Positions 25,255 to 35,707 are shown, counted from the first letter of the stretch. The stretch is 64,000 nt of DNA from Abditibacterium sp. (GCA_965246885.1 CBDFFV010000001.1:8364-72363), one strand, 5' to 3'. Numbers and translations are program-made. Notes: generated from the letters alone by a model not told the origin.

Positions 25255-27669
25255 CTACTCGAATTTGATGTCGTCCAAGAAGAAGGTGACCGGCTGGCCT
25301 TTGGCGCCCACGACCCAGCAAAAGCCGGTCTTGATTTGCGATAAGTCTTTGCCTGCCAAGTCAATGCTGTACTGCTTCCACTCCTTGCCCAGCGCCACTT
25401 CCTTGAGTTCGCCCTTGCCGGAATCGGCGTATTTGGCTTTGTCCAAGAGGCCGAAGGAGAAGGACACGACCTCGCTGCCCGTTTCGCCGCGTGCCCAGAA
25501 CGTCAGTTTCTTGGCGCCGCTTAAGTTGAAGCCGCCGGGTTGGTCGCCCCAATCGTTGGCGGGGCTTTGCCACACCACGCCGCCCCAACCGCCGCCCGCC
25601 GTGAACTGCGCTTTGATGTCGGTCTTGCCACTGTGCGGGTTGGTCGTGTCGTCGTCGGCCATCTTGATGTTGCCGGTATCGCCCATATAGCCCGACGGGA
25701 TATACGGCGCTTTGTCGCCCGCTTCGGCGTAAACCGAGAAAGGCAAAGTCGCTTTGGGCGCCGCCGTTTTGGTTCCTCCGCCACCACCCGGCGCGGCGAC
25801 GTTGGTCGTGGCGGCGCCCATTGCCGTCGCGGGCGCATCGGTGCCGAGCCATTGGATGTCGTCCAGATAAAAGCGAACCGGGGCGCCCTGTCCGCCCACC
25901 ACCCACGCGAAGCCGGTCTTGATGTCGCTCAGGTCTTTGCCCGCCACGCCTATGGCGTAGCGCTTCCACTCCTTGGTCAAAACCACGTCCTTGATTTCGC
26001 CCTTGGCGGAGTCGGAATATTTGGCCTTGTCGAGCAGGCCAAAAGAGAAGTTGACCTTCTCGCCGCCTTGGTCGCCGCGCGCCCAAAAGGAGAGTTGCTT
26101 GGCGCCCGCGAGGTTGAAGCCGCCCGGCTTGTCGCCCCAGTCATTGGCGGGCGACTGCCACACGACGCCGCCCCAGCCGGTGCCCGACGAAAAGTCCACT
26201 TGGGTGCACACGTCGCCAGTGTGCGGGTTGGTGCGCGACTCGGTCATTTTGATATTGCCGGTATCGCCCATATAACCCGACGGGATGTATGGCAAATCGC
26301 CGCCGCTCTCGCCCAGCACCTCGAAGGGCAGCGCGACCTTTTTGACTTGAACCGGGGGAGCTTTGTCGCCGCCCTCGACAAAAAGGGGCAAGTTGGCGAC
26401 AGCGCCGCCGCCCTTGCCGTCGCTGATAAAAGCGAACAAGCGATACGCGCCGCCGTATTTGGGCATTTTGACGGTCACGCCGGAGTTGGAAGCGTGCTCG
26501 ATGGCATCGGGGAACGTCGGCGGTGTCGCTTGCGTTTCCCCTCCGAGAGACTCGTTCATCGGGTCGTATTGCAGCACCCAGTCCACGTTGACGGGGTTGT
26601 GGTCGGGGTCGGCGACATCCAGCTTCGCCTTGACTTCCGCGTCGGGTTTGGTCTTTTCGGGGGTTTCCAAAGCGACTGTCTTGATGAGCGGGACGCGGTT
26701 GGCGGGGTCTTTCCCAGTCCACAGCTTCTGCATCATATCAACGGGGCCAAGCCGGGTGCCGTCGTGAAGCAGCATGCCATACCATGTGGCCGAGGCTTCC
26801 TGCTTGTTGCCCCACGTGAACGCGTAGCCGCCCAGCGCAAGGGGATGACCGGCGATGGACTGGTTCCATGTGGCGGCGTAGGAATCGGCCTTTTGCGTCG
26901 AGGTCGGTTCGGCGACGGCGCCCCAACTGTTCTTGCCCAACTCCCACGTTCCGGGCGGGCCGAACTCGGTGATGACGTACGGCTTGACGCCGCCCGCTTT
27001 GGGGTAACGCTCGGCGATGGACGGCCCGCCCGCGTAGGAGTTGATGCCCAAAACGTCTATATCCGGGCAGTATTTGTTGAGGCTCTCGACTTTATCGCCG
27101 CCAATCTCGGCGACAACGGTCATGGTGGGGTGGTTGGGGTCTACTTTGTGCGCGTAAGCGGCGATTTCTTGCACGGCGGCCCACATTTTTGGGTCGGTGG
27201 TGGCGCCGTAACCTTCCATTTCGTTGCCGATGCCCCACATCAGGACGGCGGGCGAGTCTTTGTAGTGGTCAATGGCGGCTTTGGCCATCTCGAACTGGGC
27301 GGCAACGGCTTTGGGGTCGTCGTAGCTAAAGCCGTGCTCTTTGTGACCGAGCCAAATGCCGACGGTAACGCTGAGGCCCAGCTTTTGCGCGGCGGCCAGT
27401 TGCTTTTCGAGGTGGTCGCTGCCCCATGTGCGGAAGGAGTTGCCGCCGATAGAGCGTAGCATCTCCTTGGAACCGTCGCCGCCCGCGCCTTGAATGAAAT
27501 ACGGCGCCCCGCCGCGCATCAACTGCCACTTGCCGCCGGTGTGAACGAGCTTAGTAGGCGTCGCGCCCGCATCGGCAGCAAAAGCGGCAGGCGTGTTGAG
27601 GGCGGACGGCGCGCAACCGCCCAAGAAAGAGAGTGCGAGCAGCGCGGCGGGGCGAAGGGAAGGTGCCAT
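25255..27669 (-). CDS. Lipoprotein glycoside hydrolase (GH-A clan TIM barrel, GH2/GH158-like) with two tandem CBM-like domains
   Basis: Lipobox LGGC; NSFRTW, WGIGNE, ITEFG. Two ~165-aa repeats YIPSGYMGD...WGGVVWQSPANDWGD...FWARG...LDDI. Confidence 0.8.
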   Translation of the reverse strand: MAPSLRPAALLALSFLGGCAPSALNTPAAFAADAGATPTKLVHTGGKWQLMRGGAPYFIQGAGGDGSKEMLRSIGGNSFRTWGSDHLEKQLAAAQKLGLSVTVGIWLGHKEHGFSYDDPKAVAAQFEMAKAAIDHYKDSPAVLMWGIGNEMEGYGATTDPKMWAAVQEIAAYAHKVDPNHPTMTVVAEIGGDKVESLNKYCPDIDVLGINSYAGGPSIAERYPKAGGVKPYVITEFGPPGTWELGKNSWGAVAEPTSTQKADSYAATWNQSIAGHPLALGGYAFTWGNKQEASATWYGMLLHDGTRLGPVDMMQKLWTGKDPANRVPLIKTVALETPEKTKPDAEVKAKLDVADPDHNPVNVDWVLQYDPMNESLGGETQATPPTFPDAIEHASNSGVTVKMPKYGGAYRLFAFISDGKGGGAVANLPLFVEGGDKAPPVQVKKVALPFEVLGESGGDLPYIPSGYMGDTGNIKMTESRTNPHTGDVCTQVDFSSGTGWGGVVWQSPANDWGDKPGGFNLAGAKQLSFWARGDQGGEKVNFSFGLLDKAKYSDSAKGEIKDVVLTKEWKRYAIGVAGKDLSDIKTGFAWVVGGQGAPVRFYLDDIQWLGTDAPATAMGAATTNVAAPGGGGGTKTAAPKATLPFSVYAEAGDKAPYIPSGYMGDTGNIKMADDDTTNPHSGKTDIKAQFTAGGGWGGVVWQSPANDWGDQPGGFNLSGAKKLTFWARGETGSEVVSFSFGLLDKAKYADSGKGELKEVALGKEWKQYSIDLAGKDLSQIKTGFCWVVGAKGQPVTFFLDDIKFE

Positions 27670-27709
27670 AGTGTGTGGAATGAGTTGGAGAATCAGGAGG
27701 TCAAGGAGT

Positions 27710-27728
27710 TGCGTATCCGTATGTGCAA
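27710..27728. promoter_or_regulatory. Putative LacI-type operator, copy 1
   Basis: TGCGTATCCGTATGTGCAA, identical to 28644-28662; imperfect palindrome TGCnnATnCGnATnnGCA. Confidence 0.65.
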
Positions 27729-27737
27729 AAGCGGAAA

Positions 27738-27771
27738 GAAGAAGGCAAAGCCGGGTGGCCTTGCCTTCTTC
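27738..27771 (-). terminator. Hairpin / intrinsic terminator after the DUF1559 gene
   Basis: GAAGAAGGCAA...TTGCCTTCTTC 11-bp stem with a T-rich tail on the minus strand. Confidence 0.6.
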
Positions 27772-27786
27772 ATCGTTGCTTCGGCT

Positions 27787-28560
27787 TTATTGGTATTTGA
27801 CGGTGGCCACGTGAACCCACGCGGCTAGACCAGCATCGTAGGGGGCTTGGGTGCGATCCCACAAGTTGCCGCCCGCCACGCTGTCGGTCGCGTCGGGGCG
27901 CAAGGCTTTGACGTGTCCGTCGGCGAACAGGTAATTGCTGGTTTGCAAGTGTCCGGCGAAAATCGGGTAGGCAGGCTGGTTGTAGCCGCAATTGGGCTGC
28001 GTCCAGTTTTGACCGGTAGCTTCAAACACGGCGATAGTTTTGGCCGTATCCAGCACCTGAGCGAGGGCTACGCCGGAGGACGCAGTGCCCGGAGCGTTAT
28101 CACCATCGCCGAAAATCCCGTTGCCAAGGCCAGAGCCGCCGCCATAGCAGCCTGCGCTATTGTAGTTGTTTCCTTCGTAGTGCTGGAGAATGGTCAAGGC
28201 GGCAGTGGTAGCGTTGAAGGAGTGGTCGGCAACTTGGGTGTTCGTCGAGTTCGAGGGACACTCGAAGAGTTGCGTGCTTTTGACGTAAGGATAGACCTGA
28301 TACTGCCAATGCGCCCACTTGCCGTTCCAAACGCCTACGTAAGAGTTGGGGTAACGCTCGTCGTAGTCTTGGGTGTACTGCGCGAGGCCCAGCCCGATTT
28401 GCTTGAGGTTGGACTGGCAGGAGGCGCGGCGGGCGTTCTCGCGGGCGCGGGCAAAAGCCGGGAACAAGATGGCCGCTAAAATTGCGATGATAGCGATAAC
28501 AACGAGCAATTCTATGAGGGTAAATCCAGAATCGCGCTTGAAAGGACGGTGGTTGTTCAT
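27787..28560 (-). CDS. Prepilin-type N-terminal cleavage/methylation protein, DUF1559 with H-X9-DG motif
   Basis: [61 protein letters not shown]. Confidence 0.92.
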   Translation of the reverse strand: MNNHRPFKRDSGFTLIELLVVIAIIAILAAILFPAFARARENARRASCQSNLKQIGLGLAQYTQDYDERYPNSYVGVWNGKWAHWQYQVYPYVKSTQLFECPSNSTNTQVADHSFNATTAALTILQHYEGNNYNSAGCYGGGSGLGNGIFGDGDNAPGTASSGVALAQVLDTAKTIAVFEATGQNWTQPNCGYNQPAYPIFAGHLQTSNYLFADGHVKALRPDATDSVAGGNLWDRTQAPYDAGLAAWVHVATVKYQ

Positions 28561-28643
28561 AGTTAACCTGAAAATGCAGTAAGCAACGACGAAAAACGCG
28601 CTGGGGTCGGTGGAAGCACGGAAGTCTCCGTCGCCGCCGCAAG

Positions 28644-28694
28644 TGCGTATCCGTATGTGCAAGACCATTATACCCATCCGCGCGCCTTTTTAAA
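28644..28694 (-). promoter_or_regulatory. Promoter (TATAAT -10) with LacI-type operator copy 2 at the transcription start
   Basis: Perfect TATAAT at 28672-28667; operator at 28644-28662 immediately downstream; weak -35 (TTTAAA). Confidence 0.65.
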
Positions 28695-28748
28695 CATTTT
28701 CCCGAAAGTTTTTTTTGCGGCGGCTTTTGGCGCTGTTTTTGGGGCTGG

Positions 28749-29621
28749 TTAGGGCTTATCAGCCAGCGATTGCGGTGGGCGGGTGGGCGGCAACAAACCC
28801 GCGCGCAAGGAGCGGCGCGCGTCGGCGGGATGGGTGCCGCTCCTTTGCCAAAAGGCGCGGTGGAAATGGGCATACGAGCCGTAGCCCGCCCGCAATGCCA
28901 CTTCTCCCAGTGGCAAATCACCCTCGCACAAGCGCAGCGCCCGCTCGTGGCACGCGCGCGCCCGGAACTCCGTGAGCGATACCCCCGTCTGGGCTTTGAA
29001 CAGCCGCGACAAGCGCGAGGGCGACAGCCCGACCGCGCGCGCCAACTGCGGCAACGAGGGCGGCGGCACTTGCTCGCGCAACACCCGCGCGGCGCGCTCG
29101 ACGCACGGATGCACCGCGCGCGACTCGTGCGGTTCTTGGGCGGCGCGCTCCCACGCCGCGTGCGCGTGGTGCAGCAAAAAGCCCAGCCCCCAATCCAACG
29201 CTTCGCCCGTCGCGCTTTGGAGCGCGTCCGCGAGCGTTTCGAGCACCCCGAACTCCTCTTCGCCGATGCGCCTTAGGCGCGCTTCGCCGGGATGTTCCTC
29301 TAAAACGATGCGCGACCCCTCCGCTCGGCACGCCCGCTCCACAAACGCCGGTTTCCACACCGCGATGTGCATGGCGAAGTCGGGCGAGGCTTCGAGCAAG
29401 ATATGGTGCTGCGCCGGATGTAGCCACAACAACGAGCGGCGCACCAGTTTCACGCGCGCACTCCCCACTAAGTAAGTCGCGTGCCCGCCCAAGGCAAGGT
29501 TTAGCTCCAGTTCGGCGTGACGATGAAACGGCGAGCGCCTCGCGCACCCTGCCCAGCGCCACACGCACCCGGCGACTTCGGGCGAAAGGGCAAGTTCTTC
29601 TTCGACAGGCGCCAGCGACAT
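28749..29621 (-). CDS. AraC-family transcriptional regulator
   Basis: Cupin HRHAELE; C-terminal SLPQLARAVGLSPSRLSRLFK...AGYGSYAHFHRAF. Confidence 0.9.
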   Translation of the reverse strand: MSLAPVEEELALSPEVAGCVWRWAGCARRSPFHRHAELELNLALGGHATYLVGSARVKLVRRSLLWLHPAQHHILLEASPDFAMHIAVWKPAFVERACRAEGSRIVLEEHPGEARLRRIGEEEFGVLETLADALQSATGEALDWGLGFLLHHAHAAWERAAQEPHESRAVHPCVERAARVLREQVPPPSLPQLARAVGLSPSRLSRLFKAQTGVSLTEFRARACHERALRLCEGDLPLGEVALRAGYGSYAHFHRAFWQRSGTHPADARRSLRAGLLPPTRPPQSLADKP

Positions 29622-29690
29622 CGAATGAGAAGTTTACGCCCTCAAACGAGAAGCGATGCCCCCTATTGCGTCCTAAAATGAGAAGGGCAA

Positions 29691-30467
29691 ATGACAACCG
29701 CAACTCAGTCGCCGGTCACTCCGGCTCACCAAGAGCAATACGAGCGCGATGGCTTCTTCATCCTTGAAGGCGTCGTTTCCGCCGAGCATCTGGACATCAT
29801 GCGCGCCGAGGTTGGCGCAGCGATGGCGCGCATAGACGCCGAAATGGACGCCAAGGGCGTCGAAAAGCTCGGCATCAACCTCAAACACTCCCGCTACTTC
29901 GTGTCCGTCCTCAAAGAAGACCTGAGCAACCCCGTCGCCGAGTTCGTCTTTTCTCCCCTCATGGCCGACGTCTGCCGCGCCACCCTTGGCCCGAACGCTT
30001 ATCTTTTCCACGACCAATACGTCGTTAAAGCCGCCGAGCGCGGGGAATCGTTCTCGTGGCACCAAGATTCCGGCTACGTCGGCTACCCCGACCACAAACC
30101 CTACCTCACCTGCTGGGTTACGCTCGACGACGTCAACGAGCAAAACGGGACGGTTTACATCCTGCCCTACGACAAAGCGGGCACGCGCGACTACGTCCCC
30201 CACGTTCAAAGCGGGCAAAACAACGACCTGACGGGCTACAATGGCGACGACCCCGGCTTGCCCATTATCGCCCCCGCCGGAAGCATCGCTTGCTTTTCCT
30301 CGACCGTTTTCCACCGCTCCGGCGCCAACCAAACCGACCACATGCGCCGCGTTTATCTGCCGCAGTATTCGAGCGAACCCATTACCAAGCCCGATGGCAC
30401 CGGCATCTGGAACATGGCCGTTCCTTTTGTCCGCGACGGGAAGCAGGTCAAATTCGGCGCGGGGTAG
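29691..30467 (+). CDS. Phytanoyl-CoA dioxygenase (PhyH) family Fe/2OG oxygenase
   Basis: YERDGF, WHQD, CWVTLDD..EQNG, FHRSGAN. Confidence 0.88.
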   Translation: MTTATQSPVTPAHQEQYERDGFFILEGVVSAEHLDIMRAEVGAAMARIDAEMDAKGVEKLGINLKHSRYFVSVLKEDLSNPVAEFVFSPLMADVCRATLGPNAYLFHDQYVVKAAERGESFSWHQDSGYVGYPDHKPYLTCWVTLDDVNEQNGTVYILPYDKAGTRDYVPHVQSGQNNDLTGYNGDDPGLPIIAPAGSIACFSSTVFHRSGANQTDHMRRVYLPQYSSEPITKPDGTGIWNMAVPFVRDGKQVKFGAG

Positions 30468-30794
30468 GTCACTGCCGCTTGCGCTCTCTCCAGCGCGCGT
30501 CGGCAATTCCGGGACGGTGCGTCGTTGGCCTCGCCCGTCGCCCGTCAGGAGCGCGGCTGGCTCCGTCCCAGTCACTCCCCTACCCGACGTGCATCATTAA
30601 TGCTCAAGAAGTCCACTTCTCAAGAACTAAAAAGCTCCGATGATTTTTGCGCGGCGCGCGGCCTCGCACGCCGAGTGATCAACTTATTACTTATGGCATG
30701 GGGTGGCCGGGTCAGGACGCGCGTTGTCCCACTCTTTTCTTCCCGGAAACGGAGCCGGAAGCGCTTGCCCATCGGCAGAAACGCTTACACCCGT

Positions 30795-31199
30795 TTAAAC
30801 CGTTTTCGGGCGGCCCGTCTTGACGCGCTCCAAGCGCTCAAAGACGGCGTGCCGCGCTGTCTCGTCGCTTTCGGCGAGGAGCAGTAACCCCGCTCGAATT
30901 ACCTCGCTTTTGGATACCGCGACCGCACCGCTCAGCATCCCCGCGCGAATCGCCTCGATTTGCGCGTGTTCGGCTTCGGGAATCGTAAACGCTTCGCGCA
31001 CCACTTTTGGAACCGGCGGCGCTTCAATGGGCGGCTCCCCTTCGGACGCGGCATCGGCGGGGGCAGATTCAAAGGCGGTGACGCCCTCCGCAGGAGCGCC
31101 GCCCAAGCGCGCCTCGGCGCGCGCCAAGCGCTCCTGAAAAGCATCGGTTTCGGCAGACATTGAAGCGCTGAGCGCCGCACTCATGGAAGGTTTCGTCAT
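30795..31199 (-). CDS. Small ParA partner, putative centromere-binding (ribbon-helix-helix-like) protein
   Basis: Downstream of parA; flexible N-terminus then VVREAFTIPEAEH...SKSEVIRAGL (beta-helix-helix pattern). Confidence 0.6.
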   Translation of the reverse strand: MTKPSMSAALSASMSAETDAFQERLARAEARLGGAPAEGVTAFESAPADAASEGEPPIEAPPVPKVVREAFTIPEAEHAQIEAIRAGMLSGAVAVSKSEVIRAGLLLLAESDETARHAVFERLERVKTGRPKTV

Positions 31200-31358
31200 G
31201 ACATGAACCATTTTAACAGTTGGAACGGTTTTATGGGTACGCCCAGTAAAAAGAGTTCTTTCAATTCTCCTATCCTACTCCATTTGAGCGTGAACAGAAG
31301 ATGTCGGGGCGAGGGGAGTTGTTTGGAAAGCCGGTATCTTCCTCGGTGGAAGAGAGAA

Positions 31359-32018
31359 TCATTTCTCCAGTTGCAACAGTTGTAATAGTTCTTGCGAGAG
31401 TGCTTCCACTTCCGCGACCGCCGCCTTGTTGTCGAGGTCGTGGACACTCTGGCCCCACACGGCGCTTTGACGAAACGCGGCGCGTTGCCGCCAGATGGTG
31501 CCGCACATCTCGATGCCGAAGCCTTCCAATATCTGTAGCGTCTCGCGCGTCAGGTTCTGGTTGGGTTGCGCCTGATTGAGAAGCAAGCGCCCCTGCAGCG
31601 TTTCGTTGATGTCGCTCAGGCGGCCAATCACTTCCCGAATTCCCACAGAAGCCCACAAATCGAGGGGCGAGGGCACAAGCGGCACGAGCGCCAAATCCGC
31701 CACTAACAAGGCGCTTTGCGGCACGACCGAATCGGCGGCGGGCGGGCAGTCAATGAGAATCACGTCATACAGCGCCACGAACTTGGCGACTTCGCGGTGC
31801 AGCTTTCCGCTTGCGTGCGCCAGCCCTACGACGGCGGCGGGAAAGGGATGCTCGTCGCTCGCCGAGGCCGCCCAGCGCGTCGCCGTTCCCTGCGGGTCGG
31901 CGTCCACCACAAGGGTATGAAGGCCGCGCCGCGCGAAAGAGGCCGCCAATTGCATGGTCGCCGTCGTTTTGCCACTGCCGCCCTTTTGATTGCACACCGC
32001 CAGAATTTTGGAAGACAT
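31359..32018 (-). CDS. parA: ParA/ParF-type partition ATPase (short, type Ib)
   Basis: NQKGGSGKTT, VDADPQG, IDCPP; 219 aa with no N-terminal HTH. Confidence 0.9.
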   Translation of the reverse strand: MSSKILAVCNQKGGSGKTTATMQLAASFARRGLHTLVVDADPQGTATRWAASASDEHPFPAAVVGLAHASGKLHREVAKFVALYDVILIDCPPAADSVVPQSALLVADLALVPLVPSPLDLWASVGIREVIGRLSDINETLQGRLLLNQAQPNQNLTRETLQILEGFGIEMCGTIWRQRAAFRQSAVWGQSVHDLDNKAAVAEVEALSQELLQLLQLEK

Positions 32019-32020
32019 AT

Positions 32021-32063
32021 ATCCGTTGAAAGAGTAGAAACAGTTTGAAAAGTCGCAACTGTT
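32021..32063. promoter_or_regulatory. Five 9-bp-phased AACNGTT-like heptamers upstream of parA (putative centromere/operator)
   Basis: ATCCGTT-GA-AAGAGTA-GA-AACAGTT-TG-AAAAGTC-GC-AACTGTT; same motif at 30789, 31206 and 31366. Confidence 0.5.
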
Positions 32064-32124
32064 CCCTTTGAGTGTGCCCGGTTGGGCGGCGGCTGTGACC
32101 CGCGAGGCGCTACATTATGGAGCG

Positions 32125-32946
32125 ATGCCAACGATTTCCAACGGGGAACTACGTCCCGTTCCAGCGCCTGCGCGCTCGCGCGGCGCTTTTGAGGGCGCGC
32201 TGGGCGCCTTCGTCTTGTGGTTCGCCGCACGAGATTTGGGGTTGCTCGAATTGGTGCCCATCCTGCGAGGCGCCTCTTGGCTTGTGCTTGGATTCTCAGC
32301 GACGGGAGCGCTGTTGGGGCGAACGCGGGCGCTTGGGGCGGGGCGCACCCTCGTGGGGTTGGCGTTGGGGCTGTGGCTCGTCGTGGCATGGACACCCCTT
32401 GCGTCGGCCCTCGTGGGGCCGCTCAAAACCGAGGATGCGCCCGCGCGCGCCGACGCGGTTGTGGTATTGCAAGCGGGAATTCAACGCGACGACGACTTCG
32501 AGGCTTCGACTTTGGAGCGCATGGTGCACGGCATGGAACTCTTGCACGCTGGCTACGCGCCGCGCCTCATCGTAACTGAAGTCCCACACACCGGCTCCAA
32601 CGCGCGGGCGACGAGCGCCTTGATGGGGCATTTGGGCATTGGCGCGCAGCTTTTGGCGGTCGGCCCCGTCCAGACCACGCGCGACGAAGCGCTCCAATGC
32701 GCCGCCTTATGTCATGCGCGCGGCTGGAAAACGATCCTGCTCGTAACTTCCCCGGCGCACTCCAAGCGCAGCGCGCTTGCGTTCAAGCGGGTAGGGCTGC
32801 GCGTGATTTCCTCGCCGTGCCGGGAAAGCGCCTTTGATTTCGAGAACCTTGCCAGAGCGGACGCGCATGGTCGCGCCTTGGCTTTTGGCGAAGCGATGCG
32901 CGAGATCGTGGGGCTACGAACCTATCAAGCGCGCGGTTGGGCATAG
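32125..32946 (+). CDS. YdcF/DUF218 (ElyC-like) membrane protein
   Basis: ADAVVVL, TTRDEA, ILLVTSPAHSKRS, REIVGLRTY; N-terminal TM helices. Confidence 0.8.
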   Translation: MPTISNGELRPVPAPARSRGAFEGALGAFVLWFAARDLGLLELVPILRGASWLVLGFSATGALLGRTRALGAGRTLVGLALGLWLVVAWTPLASALVGPLKTEDAPARADAVVVLQAGIQRDDDFEASTLERMVHGMELLHAGYAPRLIVTEVPHTGSNARATSALMGHLGIGAQLLAVGPVQTTRDEALQCAALCHARGWKTILLVTSPAHSKRSALAFKRVGLRVISSPCRESAFDFENLARADAHGRALAFGEAMREIVGLRTYQARGWA

Positions 32947-33131
32947 AAAACGCTTTCCTTATGGGAGTTGCCAGTTGCCAACTGCCATTTTCCTGCTTCG
33001 GCGGCTCGTTTTCCCGACTGCTGCGCGGCGCGCGGGCAACCCTTCTTCGCTTTAAAAGTGGCCTTCATTTGGCATGACGCGCCGGAATGAGTAAATTCCT
33101 CCTCGTTCTTTGAGAAACGAAGAGCCAATTT

Positions 33132-34541
33132 ATGTTGCATCCCGTGATTTTGTGCGGCGGATCGGGCACGCGGCTCTGGCCGCTCTCGCGTCAAGCGCGC
33201 CCCAAACAGTTCCTGCCCCTCCTGTCGAGCCATAGCCTGCTCCAAGACGCCGTTCTGCGCTTGCGCGGAGTGCCCGACTTGGCCCCGACGCTTGTGGTGT
33301 GCAACAACGACCACCGCTTTATGGTGGCCGAACAGATGCTCGAACTGGGCGGTGAAATCGGGCCGATTCTGCTCGAACCCGCCGGACGCAATACCGCCCC
33401 CGCCGTCGCTTTGGCCGCGCACACCGCGCTCCAAAGCGACCCGGACGCCCTCTTGCTGGTGCTGCCGTCCGACCATGTTATCCGCGACGGGGCCGCCTTC
33501 CAAGCCCGCGTGAGCGAAGCGCGCGTTTTGGCAGAGCAGGGTTTGCTCGTGACTTTTGGCATCGTGCCGACCTCTCCCGAAACCGGCTACGGCTACATCG
33601 AGCAAGGCGAACCCCTTGAATTTGGCGCCTTCACGGTGCGCCGCTTCTTCGAAAAGCCCGACGCGGAGCGCGCGAGTGAGTTCGTCCATGCGGGCACGTT
33701 CCTGTGGAACAGTGGCATGTTCCTGTTTGGCGCGCGCGCGTTCTTGGACGAGTTGCAAACCCACGCGCCCGACGTTCATGCGGCAGGCGCGCGCGCTTTC
33801 GAGGGCGCCCAAAGCGACCTTGACTTTTGCCGCCCCGAACCCGGCGCCTTTCTGGACAGCCCGTCGGTCTCCATTGACTACGCCGTGATGGAGCACACTG
33901 CGCGCGCGGCGGTGGTGCCCGCGAACATCGGCTGGAGCGACGTTGGCTCCTACACGGCCCTTTGGGAAGTGGAGGACAAAGATGGGCAGGGGAACGCCGT
34001 GCGCGGTCAAACGGCCCTGCACGACGCGCACCGTTGCTTCGTGCACACCGAAAAGCAGTTGGTCGCTCTGCTTGGGGTCGAGGACTTGGTGGTCGTGGCG
34101 ACGGCGGATGCCATTCTGGTGGCGTCCAAGGAACGCTCGCAGGACGTGAAGCTCATCGTGGACGACCTGCGCCGTCAAGGGCGCGCCGAGCACGAAGTTC
34201 ACACCAAGGTCTACCGGCCTTGGGGCTGGTACGAGGGCGTCGAGCGCGGCGACCGTTTCCAAGTGAAGCAACTCATGGTCAAGCCGGGGCAGAAATCCTC
34301 GATGCAGGTGCATCACCACCGCTCCGAGCACTGGATTATCGTCAAAGGCACCGCCGAAGTCACCCTTGGCGAGAGCAAAACTCTGCTGACCGAAGACCAG
34401 TCTATTTATATCCCGCTCGGCGTTCCCCATCGGATATGGAATCCGGGACGAATCCCGATGCACTTTGTCGAAGTGCAAAGCGGCTCTTATTTAGAAGAGG
34501 ACGACATCGTGCGCTTGGATGACCAATATGGGCGAAACTGA
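33132..34541 (+). CDS. manC: Mannose-1-phosphate guanylyltransferase / mannose-6-phosphate isomerase
   Basis: GGSGTRLWPLSR, PKQF, WNSGMF, SIDYAVME; C-terminal RPWG...HHHRSEHW cupin. Confidence 0.95.
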   Translation: MLHPVILCGGSGTRLWPLSRQARPKQFLPLLSSHSLLQDAVLRLRGVPDLAPTLVVCNNDHRFMVAEQMLELGGEIGPILLEPAGRNTAPAVALAAHTALQSDPDALLLVLPSDHVIRDGAAFQARVSEARVLAEQGLLVTFGIVPTSPETGYGYIEQGEPLEFGAFTVRRFFEKPDAERASEFVHAGTFLWNSGMFLFGARAFLDELQTHAPDVHAAGARAFEGAQSDLDFCRPEPGAFLDSPSVSIDYAVMEHTARAAVVPANIGWSDVGSYTALWEVEDKDGQGNAVRGQTALHDAHRCFVHTEKQLVALLGVEDLVVVATADAILVASKERSQDVKLIVDDLRRQGRAEHEVHTKVYRPWGWYEGVERGDRFQVKQLMVKPGQKSSMQVHHHRSEHWIIVKGTAEVTLGESKTLLTEDQSIYIPLGVPHRIWNPGRIPMHFVEVQSGSYLEEDDIVRLDDQYGRN

Positions 34542-34562
34542 GCACCTCTCACACTGACCAGC

Positions 34563-35603
34563 ATGAAAACAGCACTCATCACAGGCATTACTGGGCAAGA
34601 TGGCTCTTATTTGGCAGAACTCCTTTTGGAGCGCGGCTACAATGTTCACGGTATCGTGCGCCGCTCCTCGACGTTTAACACCGGTCGAATAGACCACTTG
34701 TGCGGCGAGAACGCCAACACCAATTTGACCCTCCACTACGGCGACCTGAGCGACGCGACGGGACTGATGCGCCTCATCGCGCAATTGGAGCCGGACGAGA
34801 TTTACAATCTGGGCGCGCAATCGCACGTCAAAGTCTCGTGGGACGAAGCGCAGTACACGGCGGACGTCACTGGCGTGGGCGTTTTGCGCCTTTTGGAAGC
34901 GGTGCGCGAAGTGCAAGAGCGCACGGGCAAGCCCATCCGTTTTTATCAAGCCTCCAGTTCCGAGATGTACGGCAGCGCGCCGCCGCCGCAACGTCTGGAC
35001 ACCCCCTTTCACCCCCGTAGTCCGTACGCGTGCGCGAAGGTGTATGGCTTTTGGCAGACCGTCAATCACCGCGAAAGCTACGGCATCTTCGCGTGCAACG
35101 GTCTGCTCTTCAACCACGAAAGCCCGCGCCGGGGCGAAACGTTTGTGACGCGCAAAATCACGCGCGCGGTGGGCCGCATCAAGATGGGCTTGCAGAAGAA
35201 ACTGCTGCTGGGCAACCTCGACGCCAAGCGCGACTGGGGTCACGCCCGCGATTACGTCGAAGCGATGTTCCTGATGCTTCAACAAGACGAAGCGCGCGAT
35301 TACGTCGTGGCAACGGGCGAAGCGTACTCCGTGCGCGAGTTCGCGGCGCGCGCCTTTGCCCTTGTGGATTTGGACTGGGAAGAGTTTGTCGAGGTCAACC
35401 CGAAGTTTTTCCGCTTGGCCGAAGTCGAGCATTTGCTCGGCGACCCGCAGGAAACCTTCCGCTTGCTCGATTGGCACCCCAAAACTTCCTTTGACCAACT
35501 GGTCGAGGAGATGGTGGACGCCGATTTGGAATCGGCGCGCCGCGAGCGGGTGCTGGCCGACTCCGGTCTGTCGCTCGCCCTCGCCGGTGTGGGCAACGAA
35601 TAG
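34563..35603 (+). CDS. gmd: GDP-mannose 4,6-dehydratase
   Basis: [42 protein letters not shown]. Confidence 0.95.
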   Translation: MKTALITGITGQDGSYLAELLLERGYNVHGIVRRSSTFNTGRIDHLCGENANTNLTLHYGDLSDATGLMRLIAQLEPDEIYNLGAQSHVKVSWDEAQYTADVTGVGVLRLLEAVREVQERTGKPIRFYQASSSEMYGSAPPPQRLDTPFHPRSPYACAKVYGFWQTVNHRESYGIFACNGLLFNHESPRRGETFVTRKITRAVGRIKMGLQKKLLLGNLDAKRDWGHARDYVEAMFLMLQQDEARDYVVATGEAYSVREFAARAFALVDLDWEEFVEVNPKFFRLAEVEHLLGDPQETFRLLDWHPKTSFDQLVEEMVDADLESARRERVLADSGLSLALAGVGNE

Positions 35604-35625
35604 GGCGGCGGATGAGTCACCGACG

Positions 35626-35707
35626 CGCGCCGATGAATGACGCACGCGCGGGAATCAATGGCGCGCATGGCGGAATCGTTGGCGCGCGTGCGTCATTCAT
35701 CGGCGCG
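35626..35707. repeat. 25-bp perfect inverted repeat with a 32-nt loop
   Basis: CGCGCCGATGAATGACGCACGCGCG (35626-50) and its reverse complement (35683-707). Confidence 0.9.

Noticed and set aside
24860..25268. Repeat-derived ORFs and the RADGWPA N-terminal extension of LacI
   Set aside because: Products of the stop-free 21-bp tandem repeat; the LacI HTH starts at 24859.
25540..27459. Long antisense ORFs (also 18164-19573, 21998-23485, 32925-34478, 39613-40977, 46568-48175)
   Set aside because: Shadow frames of well-supported genes in GC-rich DNA, with no recognisable motifs.
32966..32986. Short heptamer repeat AGTTGCC-AGTTGCC-AACTGCC
   Set aside because: Too short to support any function.
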